Below, piece by piece: positions 31,992-39,140 of a stretch of DNA of 39,140 bases. The stretch covers positions 1-39,140 of the forward strand of contig JBGQGY010000020.1 of NCBI GenBank assembly GCA_041497675.1. Direction: 5' to 3'. The notes beneath the pieces were generated by a model. It did not search any database. It had not been told where the DNA came from and worked only from the letters and a program-made list of their open reading frames with translations. Positions within the stretch are counted from its first letter, which is position 1; every line of letters begins with the position of its first letter. The position numbers and the translations under genes were made by a program. This DNA is from a bacterium (GTDB taxonomy: Bacteria > Sysuimicrobiota > Sysuimicrobiia > Sysuimicrobiales > Humicultoraceae).

Positions 31992-33539
31992 TCACTTGAC
32001 GATCGTACCGGCGCTGAAGAGATCGACTAGTTCGTCCGGTCGCGCCACGAAATTCACACCATCGCGAACTGCGTAGATCTCGACCAGATGGTGGAGGAAC
32101 AGTACCGGCGCTTCTTCCCGGATCATTGCAGCGGCCCGGTACAGCGACTCCTGCCGGACCTTCGAATCGAGACTGGACCGAGCCCGATCGACCGCGCGGT
32201 CGATCTCGGGGCGGGACCAGTACGGACCGACCCCCCACGGCTGGTTCGTGACGAAGAGACTGTGGTAGATGCCGGCGGCGTCGTATGGCCCCGCGAAGGC
32301 GAACAGGTTCAAGGAGTTGAGCTTCTTCTCGAGCTGTGCCTTTGCGTACACGCCCCATTCGAACGGCGTCACTCGTGCCTGCACGCCGACCCGCGCCAGC
32401 TGCGCTGAGATCACTTGTGCGATTTCCTTGTCGAGCGTGTACCGACCCGCCGGCGTCCACAGATCGATCGTGAACCCGTTCGGGTACCCGGCCTCAGCGA
32501 TCAGTTGCTTGGCCTTCTCTTGATCAAACGGGTACGGCTTCATGTCCGGGTTGTAACCAAAGAACACCGGTCCCACGACCTGGGACTTTGCCACTACACC
32601 GAAACCGCGAAGCAAGTTCTTGACGATGCTCTCCTTGTTCACGGCGTAGTTGAGGGCCTGCCGGACCCGCTTGTCATCCAGCGGCGGCCGATCCGGCCGC
32701 ATGATGAGGAACATCGTGCGCAGCGTGGGCGTTGTGACGATCCGGATGCCCTTGTCGCGTCCGATGGCCTCGGCCTGATCGGGCACCACCGCCGGGATCA
32801 GATCCACCTCGCCGGTCCGCAACAGCGCCACGCGCGTTGCATACTCGGGAATGGGGCGGAAGGTGACCCGTTTGACTTTTGGCGCCCCTCCCCAATAGTT
32901 CGGGTTGGCCTCCGCCACGATCCGGCCGTCCTTGACCCATTCCTTGAAGACAAACGGCCCGGTGCCGTTTGGTTTCAGGGCGAACTGCGCCTCGCCCACC
33001 TGTTTGAAGTACTGCGGCGGGATGATCGCCTGCCGGAACAGCGTGGCCGATGCCAGTGTCGGATCCGGCGCTTTCGTGATGAAGTGCACCGTGAGCGGGT
33101 CGATGACCTTGACTTCCTGGATGGTGGAGATCTGCCCGCGGCCGGGAATCTTGTTCGCGGGGTCGAGGACGCGGTCGTACGTGAACTTCACCGCGTCAGC
33201 AGTCAGCGGCTCGCCGTTATGGAACTTGACGCCCCGGCGGAGCTTGACCTCCCACGTGGTCTCGTTGACGTTCCGCCATGACTCGGCCAGCCGCGGGGCG
33301 AGTTTCCCGTCCACAGTCCGCCACAGGAGGTAGTCATAAAAGTAGTTCGCAATGACCGTGTCGTTCGTCACGGTGGGCCGCGCGGGGTCCAGCGTCGTCG
33401 CGTCCGTCGTCAGGGCGACCGTCACTTCGGTCTTCATGGCCATGGGCGCCGCCCATGAGAGGTCCTGGGGCCCACCAACAAGCGATGGTATCAGAAGCGC
33501 CGCCACTGCGATGACCACCGTCAGCCGTACTCTAATCAT
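31992..33539 (-). CDS. Peptide/nickel ABC transporter substrate-binding protein (SBP family 5)
   Basis: Signal peptide; PRLAESW, LRRGVKFHNGEP, PNGTGPF, RVRQALNYA; SD GGAGG. Confidence 0.93.
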   Translation of the reverse strand: MIRVRLTVVIAVAALLIPSLVGGPQDLSWAAPMAMKTEVTVALTTDATTLDPARPTVTNDTVIANYFYDYLLWRTVDGKLAPRLAESWRNVNETTWEVKLRRGVKFHNGEPLTADAVKFTYDRVLDPANKIPGRGQISTIQEVKVIDPLTVHFITKAPDPTLASATLFRQAIIPPQYFKQVGEAQFALKPNGTGPFVFKEWVKDGRIVAEANPNYWGGAPKVKRVTFRPIPEYATRVALLRTGEVDLIPAVVPDQAEAIGRDKGIRIVTTPTLRTMFLIMRPDRPPLDDKRVRQALNYAVNKESIVKNLLRGFGVVAKSQVVGPVFFGYNPDMKPYPFDQEKAKQLIAEAGYPNGFTIDLWTPAGRYTLDKEIAQVISAQLARVGVQARVTPFEWGVYAKAQLEKKLNSLNLFAFAGPYDAAGIYHSLFVTNQPWGVGPYWSRPEIDRAVDRARSSLDSKVRQESLYRAAAMIREEAPVLFLHHLVEIYAVRDGVNFVARPDELVDLFSAGTIVK

Positions 33540-33542
33540 CCC

Positions 33543-33785
33543 TCACCTCCTCGTAGTCTTACCGCGGGTTCTACGCGGTCGAGCCCGACGCACGGAGCGT
33601 CTATCGGAGTGCAGAACGCCGGCAAAGGCGATCTCGTGGGATGCTCCGTGGGTGTAGAGGTAGATCGTCACATCGTCCGGGAGCTTGTCGACCGACTGGC
33701 ACACAGCCTCGGTCAGGCGCTGCACCAATGTACGCCGTCGAGCTCGGGTCGGCTTGCCGGTCACGTGCACGTGCAGTGTCGGCAC
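33543..33785 (-). CDS. Tautomerase superfamily (4-OT-like) small protein with Pro-1
   Basis: SD GGAGG then GTG-CCG gives (M)PTLHVHVTGKPTRARRRTLVQRLTEAVCQSVDKLPDDVTIYL...IAFAG; beta-alpha-beta pattern; 80 aa. Confidence 0.75.
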   Translation of the reverse strand: MPTLHVHVTGKPTRARRRTLVQRLTEAVCQSVDKLPDDVTIYLYTHGASHEIAFAGVLHSDRRSVRRARPRRTRGKTTRR

Positions 33786-33801
33786 GGATGCCTCCGGGTC
33801 G

Positions 33802-34032
33802 CTATCTGCGGCTCGGCTCCGGACGGAGCCGGTCAGAGAGGAGCCTGCCGCCGCGGGCCATGTTCTCATAGGAGAGGATGCGGAACCTGACGCTGACGGC
33901 CTCCGGATCGGCTCCGAGCACCTGAACACAGGCTTCGGTGAGCAGGCGTGCCAGCCTGCGCTTCTGGTCGACAGTTCGTTTGTCGTTAATCTCTACGTAC
34001 AGGGTCACGACCGGGTAGCTGGACACCGACAC
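33802..34032 (-). CDS. Tautomerase superfamily (4-OT-like) small protein with N-terminal extension before the Pro
   Basis: SD AGAGGAG 8 nt before GTG 34032 gives MSVSSYPVVTLYVEINDKRTVDQKRRLARLLTEACVQVLGADPEAVSV...ENMARGG; RTxDQK and N...GG signatures; 76 aa. Confidence 0.8.
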   Translation of the reverse strand: MSVSSYPVVTLYVEINDKRTVDQKRRLARLLTEACVQVLGADPEAVSVRFRILSYENMARGGRLLSDRLRPEPSRR

Positions 34033-34170
34033 CGGACAAACTCCTCTCGTGACTGGTGGGGACGTGCCAGATCGCTCCATCCAGCTTCTACGACGCGTTT
34101 GGCACTCCTCTCGGGGTCGCGGGCCACCTAGCCGGCTGGGCGGCTCCTGCCGTGCCGCGGATCATCGATG

Positions 34171-34176
34171 TATACT
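34171..34176 (+). promoter_or_regulatory. Putative sigma70-type -10 element for the cupin-eutA-like unit
   Basis: TATACT in the divergent intergenic gap, 30 nt upstream of ATG 34207; -35 is weak. Confidence 0.45.
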
Positions 34177-34206
34177 CTGACGGTAGAACACAGCAGGGAG
34201 GCGGCG

Positions 34207-35313
34207 ATGCAGAAAGAGACCCTCTCGCTCCCTGAACACTGGGGGAGCACCGGCTACAAGGCGTTCCTCGAACGCGAGCACCTCCCGGTGGTCGGCGGCC
34301 TCGCCGTGGACGACCTGGCCACGGTCGACGTCGTGCCGTGGTCCCGACTCGACGCCCGCGGTGTCTACATCCAGCTGATCGGCGCAGAAGACACCGACAA
34401 CGCCTACGTCCTCGAGATCCCCGCCGCCGGCTCGACTGCGCCCGAGCGTCACTTGTTCGAAGAAGTCTTCTTTGTCATCGCCGGGCGCGGGTCGTGCGAG
34501 GTCTGGAACCAGGCCGGCGCCAAACGGGTCTTCGAGTGGCAGCGTGGCAGCCTCTTTGCCGTACCGCTCAACACCTTTCACCGGATGCACAACGGCTCGG
34601 GGCAGGAGCCTGCGCGGCTCCTGGCCGTGACGACGGCCCCGCTGATGATCAGCCTCCTGCGCAATCTCGATTTCGTCTTCGACTGCCCCTTCGACTTCAC
34701 CGACCGTTTCAGCGGCCAGGAAGATTTCTTCAACGGCGAGGGCCCGCTCTACGTGCGGCCACAGAGCACACAGCGCATCTGGGAAACAAACTTCGTCGCC
34801 GACGTCTACAAGCTCGCGCTCCACGAGTGGAAGGAACGAGGCGCCGGCGGCAAGCACATTAAGTTCGAGCTGGCGAACAACACGCTCGTGGCACACAGTT
34901 CGGAGTTCCCGATCGGCACCTACAAGAAGGCGCACCGCCACGGGCCGGGCGCCCACGTGATCATCCTGCACGGGCAGGGTCACACGCTGATGTGGACCGA
35001 CCAGCATGAGACCTTCGACGAGGTCCCCTGGAGACCGGGCACGATGCTTGTGCCGCCCGGGATGTGGTGGCATCAACACTTCAACACCGGCCCGACGCCG
35101 GCGCGCTACCTCGCCATCCGCTGGGGCAGCACCAAGTGGAAGCTCACCCGCTACCTTGACCACCAGGGTGTCGACAAGAGCGCGAAGGCGGGCGGCCACC
35201 AGATCGAGTATGCCGACCAAGACCCCCGGATCCACCGCATCTTCGTCGAGCACTGCCGCGCGAACGGGGTCGAGGTCAAGATGGACGAGTTCTTCGCCCG
35301 GACCGCGACATAG
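34207..35313 (+). CDS. Bicupin protein (gentisate dioxygenase-like architecture), paralogue A
   Basis: Domain 1 ERHLFEE...VPLNTFH; domain 2 KAHRHGPG...WWHQHFN; SD GGGAGG before ATG 34207. Confidence 0.87.
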   Translation: MQKETLSLPEHWGSTGYKAFLEREHLPVVGGLAVDDLATVDVVPWSRLDARGVYIQLIGAEDTDNAYVLEIPAAGSTAPERHLFEEVFFVIAGRGSCEVWNQAGAKRVFEWQRGSLFAVPLNTFHRMHNGSGQEPARLLAVTTAPLMISLLRNLDFVFDCPFDFTDRFSGQEDFFNGEGPLYVRPQSTQRIWETNFVADVYKLALHEWKERGAGGKHIKFELANNTLVAHSSEFPIGTYKKAHRHGPGAHVIILHGQGHTLMWTDQHETFDEVPWRPGTMLVPPGMWWHQHFNTGPTPARYLAIRWGSTKWKLTRYLDHQGVDKSAKAGGHQIEYADQDPRIHRIFVEHCRANGVEVKMDEFFARTAT

Positions 35314-35317
35314 CCTG

Positions 35318-36808
35318 ATGCACGAGTTCGACGAAGACCACATCCACCTCGAGGGCGAGGACAGCGCGGCCGTCTACGTCGGCGATCGCGTCAAGCTGCT
35401 GAGCGTGGGCGTCGACATCGGGACGTCGACCTCGCACATGATCTTCTCCCGGCTCTTCCTCGAGCGGCAGGGGCAGCGGCTCTCCAGCCGGTTCATCGTC
35501 ACGCAGCGCGAGATTCTCTTCCGCTCGCCCGTGATCTTCACGCCGTACACGTCCGCGGGATTGATCGACGCCTCGACGCTGGCCAAGTTTATCAACGCCT
35601 CGTACAACGACGCGGGCGCGCTGCGCGAACACATCGACGCCGGCGCGGTGATCACTACCGGCGAGGCGGCGCTGCGGGAGAATGCGCGGGCCGTGGGCGA
35701 CTTGTTCTCGCAAGAGGTCGGCAAGTTCGTGTGCGCCACCGCGGGGCCCAATCTCGAGAGTCTCCTGGCCGCGCATGGCTCCGGTGCGGTCGAGCTGTCG
35801 CGCGACGGTGAAGAGCCCCTGCTCAACATCGACATCGGCGGCGGGACGACCAAGTTTGCGATCTGCCGCGCCGGTAAGGTCGAGCAGACGGGAGCGATCC
35901 ATCTCGGCGCCCGGCTGATCGCGTGGGATTCGAGCGGAAGACTCAACCGCGTCGAAGAGGCGGGCCGGCGTCTGGCGGCCGCCGCCGGCGTTCGCGGCGG
36001 CCCGACCGGCGTCCTGACTACAGGCGAGCGTGTGCCTTCTGAAGACCTCGACCGCCTCGCCGCGCACATGGCCGAGACCGTGATTCAGATCGCCGGGGGG
36101 ACGCGCGACAGCGATCTTTGGATCACCCCGCCGCTATCCCCGGCGCCGCCCTTTCGCCGCATCGTCATCTCGGGAGGCGTCGCCGAGTACGTGTACGACC
36201 GCGAGAAACAGGATTTTGGCGACCTCGGCCCCCGCCTCGCCGCGGCGCTGCGGCGGCGCGCCACCGAACTCGGTGTCGACCTGCTGGAACCGCGCGAGGC
36301 GATCCGCGCCACCTGTATCGGTGCGTCGCAATACACCGTGCAGTTGAGCGGCGACACGATCTTCCTGTCGGACCCGGAGGTCCTGCCGCTGCGCAGCGTG
36401 CCGGCGGTCAGGCTCAACGCGACTCCATCCGCCCCCGCGGTCGCCCAGGCCGTGCGGCAGGGCATGGCGCGGCTCGACCTCAACGGCGGCGACGACGGCG
36501 CCGAGGGCCGGTTTGCGCTGGCGGTCCACTGGCATCACGGAGCCGACTACGCGTCTCTGCGAGAGCTGTGCGCGGGGATCGTCGCGGCGCTACCCGGGGT
36601 CGGTCACGGTCACCCGTTGCTCGTCGTCATCGACGCCGACGTCGCCGGGCTGGTCGGCGCCCTCTTGCAGCAAGAGTTCGGCGTCAAAGGCGACATCGTG
36701 TGCATCGACCAGGTGCTCCTGCGGGAGTTCGATTACATCGACATCGGCAAACCGCTGCCGGACCAGGGCGTGGTCCCGGTGGTCGTCAAGAGTCTCGTCT
36801 TCCGCTGA
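35318..36808 (+). CDS. eutA: EutA-family (ethanolamine ammonia-lyase reactivase-like) ASKHA ATPase, with no eutBC in the window
   Basis: LSVGVDIGTSTS, SP.IFTP, GAVITTGEA..RENA, ATAGP.LES, NIDIGGGT, SGGVA, IRAT.IGA....LSG.TI, CID...DYIDIG.P, VPVVVKSL.F all match EutA consensus as I recall it. ATG 35318 is 4 nt after the cupin stop. Symbol denotes family only. Confidence 0.88.
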   Translation: MHEFDEDHIHLEGEDSAAVYVGDRVKLLSVGVDIGTSTSHMIFSRLFLERQGQRLSSRFIVTQREILFRSPVIFTPYTSAGLIDASTLAKFINASYNDAGALREHIDAGAVITTGEAALRENARAVGDLFSQEVGKFVCATAGPNLESLLAAHGSGAVELSRDGEEPLLNIDIGGGTTKFAICRAGKVEQTGAIHLGARLIAWDSSGRLNRVEEAGRRLAAAAGVRGGPTGVLTTGERVPSEDLDRLAAHMAETVIQIAGGTRDSDLWITPPLSPAPPFRRIVISGGVAEYVYDREKQDFGDLGPRLAAALRRRATELGVDLLEPREAIRATCIGASQYTVQLSGDTIFLSDPEVLPLRSVPAVRLNATPSAPAVAQAVRQGMARLDLNGGDDGAEGRFALAVHWHHGADYASLRELCAGIVAALPGVGHGHPLLVVIDADVAGLVGALLQQEFGVKGDIVCIDQVLLREFDYIDIGKPLPDQGVVPVVVKSLVFR

Positions 36809-36810
36809 CC

Positions 36811-37397
36811 TTGTCGGTGGAAACGCCGCGGGACCCGCTCCTCGAGCCTCTCGTCCGGAGGTTGGGGCCGTGGGGATTTCCGTTCTCGGGCCTCGCCTGG
36901 TCGTTGGTGTGGGAGCTCGCCGCGCTTCTCATCCTCCGCTCGCTCGGATTGAGCGGCAGATTGTTCGATCAATCCGACCCGGCGCTGCGCGGTAGCGTTA
37001 GAGCGTCTACATGGCTGCTCGACGTCGTCGGGCCATCAATCATCTGGGCGTTCTTGGGCCCCTGCACGTCTACATTCGGACCCTCATCTACTTCATTCTG
37101 GCGATCTCGGGCCTGCTGGCCATCGCCGTCGCACTCGCGACGGTCACGGCACAGCTGTCCGCCACGAAGATCGACCGCATCCTGGTCATCTACGTGTTCG
37201 GCTTCTTCGTGGTAGCCCCCACCGCGGATCTCGATCGCTTCGATGTGGCGCGACGAGCGCAGCAACTCCTGCGCGCCTTTCCGACGTGGCCGGTCAATCC
37301 CGTCGGGTTGCGTGGCGTGATGGTGGGTATCTTCAGTCCCCTCTTTATCGGTATCCTCACGGACATCGCCATTCGCCTGTTCCTCCGCGGACGGTGA
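36811..37397 (+). pseudogene. Frameshifted/degenerate membrane protein gene
   Basis: One frame is protein-like from 36811/36817 (ETPRDPLLE...VVGPSIIWAF). Hydrophobic coding sense continues in the -1 frame from about 37053 (LGPLHVYIRTLIYF...PTWPVNP...LRGR*). Confidence 0.6.
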
Positions 37398-37406
37398 TCC
37401 GGTCGA

Positions 37407-39125
37407 TCACCCTGCGGGGACGATCGTCCGAGCGAAGAAACGGAGGGCGATGGCGCCCAACGTCAGAGTCATGACGATGCGCAGCACACTGATCTGCCCG
37501 TACGCGACGCTCATGAACAGATACCACAAGATGTACGCCCCGACTCGCAGCCGCTGACCATACGAGACGATCAGCGCGATCAGCGCTAAGAAGCCCGCGG
37601 CAATGAGCACTGCGTTCGCGGCCTTGCGGAACCGCGACTGGCTCGGCTCGATCCAGACCCACAGAAGAGCCGGACAAATCAAAAACGTCACCGCTCCGAA
37701 CGCATTGTCCACCAGCGCGACGACGGCCAAGCCCAGGAGCCAGCCGCGCAGGACCGTCACAGCTGCCCGCGCATCGCCCGCGCCGGCAGCCTTGTGCGTC
37801 GAACGCATGATCCGCCACGCCAACCACGCGAGGCCGCCGACGGCGATGAGCGGCACCGCGACAGCCGTCCAGTTCACGTCGGTCAGCAATGGATGCCGCG
37901 GCGGTGGCGGGTACAAGGCGAAGTCGAGCATGAGCCCAGCCCGGGGGAGGGCCTTGAGGATGCTGAGGCCTGCGACGAGAACGATCAGAACTGCTCCAAC
38001 ACCCCGCGACTCGTCGAGCACCATCCGAGAGAAGCCTCTCTGCCTCGCGCCACCGAGCACGGACACCAGCAGAGGGAGGAATACGGCAACCTGGACGGCC
38101 AGGAGTCGCGGCGGTCGGACGAGCCGGCCAGGCGCCGTACGAAGATACACCTGCGACTCACGTGGCGTCTCAGGCATGGTGTCAAGCGCACGCAGGATGC
38201 GCTCCTGGGTGCGGCCGTAGATCTCCATCGATCGCGGCCGCAGTGTATCCATCGTGTCGCCTTCGAGATGGTAGATACGGTTCTGCGTCGCTCGATCGGC
38301 GGTCCGCCCGCCGAGGTCAATCGCCGGGACCCCCGCCGCGACAAATGGCCCTTGGTCGGTGAACGACACGAGCAGCGACCGCTGCAACCACTCGAAGAAC
38401 GGGGTGACCTCAGCGGTGGCCAGGCCCTCGTGGCGGGCCGCATCAGCGGCCAGCTCACGAAGCCACATCGGCGCGAAGCCGCGAAACTGGCCTACGCCGT
38501 CGACGCCGAGGGCAGCGATCTCGCTGGCATCGAGATCCTCAATGCTAATCGCCGCAACGATACCCTGCCGATCCGGAAACGTCCGAATGAAGTGGCGGGC
38601 GCCCAGCATGCCCCACTCCTCCCCATCGGGGAAGAGGAACAAGAACGTCCGGCGATGGGGGGTGTTGTGGAGTACGCGGGCCAGCTCGAGGATCGTACCG
38701 ACATGCCCCGCCGTGTCACTCGCAGCCTGATAACTCGTGGGCGCCATATCATAGTTGCCAAGCACGACGATGATCTCACCGGCGCGTTCGGTCCCGTGGC
38801 TGATGCCCCAGACGTTTTCGAGAGTGGTCGGACGGTCCTCTCCCAGCGCGACGTCGACCCGCGACCGGTGGACCTCCAGTCCCCAGGCTTCCAAGGTGGT
38901 GACGATCCACTCAGCCGCCGCCCGGCGGTCGGCCGAACCCGACCATCGTCGCGGGTACTTCGTCGCGAGCGTTTCGGCGTGCGCCCAGGCCCTGCGCACC
39001 GAGAACTGCGGCGTCCCCGACCATGCGCTCGGACCTGCATACGCCTCGCCGAGATCAGGCAGGCGCCACAAACCGGCCAAGGCCGACGCAACAAGCAGGA
39101 ACAGCCACACCCTAGACCTTGGCAT
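37407..39125 (-). CDS. M28-family peptidase-like protein with multi-pass C-terminal membrane domain
   Basis: N-terminal signal anchor, NVWG, GNYD, ASD, DGEEWGMLGA, TDQ.PF...GVPAI, YH...DT, then about 8 hydrophobic segments. Confidence 0.85.
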   Translation of the reverse strand: MPRSRVWLFLLVASALAGLWRLPDLGEAYAGPSAWSGTPQFSVRRAWAHAETLATKYPRRWSGSADRRAAAEWIVTTLEAWGLEVHRSRVDVALGEDRPTTLENVWGISHGTERAGEIIVVLGNYDMAPTSYQAASDTAGHVGTILELARVLHNTPHRRTFLFLFPDGEEWGMLGARHFIRTFPDRQGIVAAISIEDLDASEIAALGVDGVGQFRGFAPMWLRELAADAARHEGLATAEVTPFFEWLQRSLLVSFTDQGPFVAAGVPAIDLGGRTADRATQNRIYHLEGDTMDTLRPRSMEIYGRTQERILRALDTMPETPRESQVYLRTAPGRLVRPPRLLAVQVAVFLPLLVSVLGGARQRGFSRMVLDESRGVGAVLIVLVAGLSILKALPRAGLMLDFALYPPPPRHPLLTDVNWTAVAVPLIAVGGLAWLAWRIMRSTHKAAGAGDARAAVTVLRGWLLGLAVVALVDNAFGAVTFLICPALLWVWIEPSQSRFRKAANAVLIAAGFLALIALIVSYGQRLRVGAYILWYLFMSVAYGQISVLRIVMTLTLGAIALRFFARTIVPAG

Positions 39126-39140
39126 CAGGAAGCCGCGTTG

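Noticed and set aside
35006..35317. N-terminal extension of the EutA-like ORF or a cupin-EutA fusion
   Set aside because: It is an out-of-frame overlap with the cupin, which ends at TAG 35313; EutA-like sequence starts at ATG 35318.
35318..36808. Ethanolamine utilisation (eut) locus
   Set aside because: No eutB, eutC, shell proteins or other eut genes are in the window.

Overview
GC-rich (roughly two-thirds G+C by eye), gene-dense bacterial chromosomal segment devoted to nutrient uptake and catabolism. I found no rRNA, tRNA, CRISPR array or mobile element. Left to right it contains seven blocks. (i) A minus-strand block with a CoxL/XDH-family molybdoenzyme large subunit, a His-motif lipoprotein, a CPBP intramembrane protease, an orphan LivK-type binding protein and a truncated hypothetical. 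(ii) A plus-strand 10-kb run of two peptide/nickel-type ABC units (binding protein plus two permeases, no ATPase) interleaved with a CE4 deacetylase, an M20 deacylase and a P1/DmpA hydrolase. (iii) A minus-strand run ggt - coxG-like - coxM-like - MFS - pyrD, then nifJ (PFOR) with its DHODH-like partner. (iv) An internally deleted acyl-CoA ligase. (v) A divergent 10-kb catabolic island, the most interesting part: a split pair of small tautomerase genes, a third ATPase-less ABC unit, two SDRs that both have His in place of the catalytic Tyr, two bicupin paralogues, a class II aldolase, and an EutA-like ASKHA ATPase with no eutBC in the window. (vi) A frameshifted membrane-protein gene. (vii) An M28-family membrane protein with an altered Zn site. 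All calls come from motif reading and recalled family consensus; no database searches were run.
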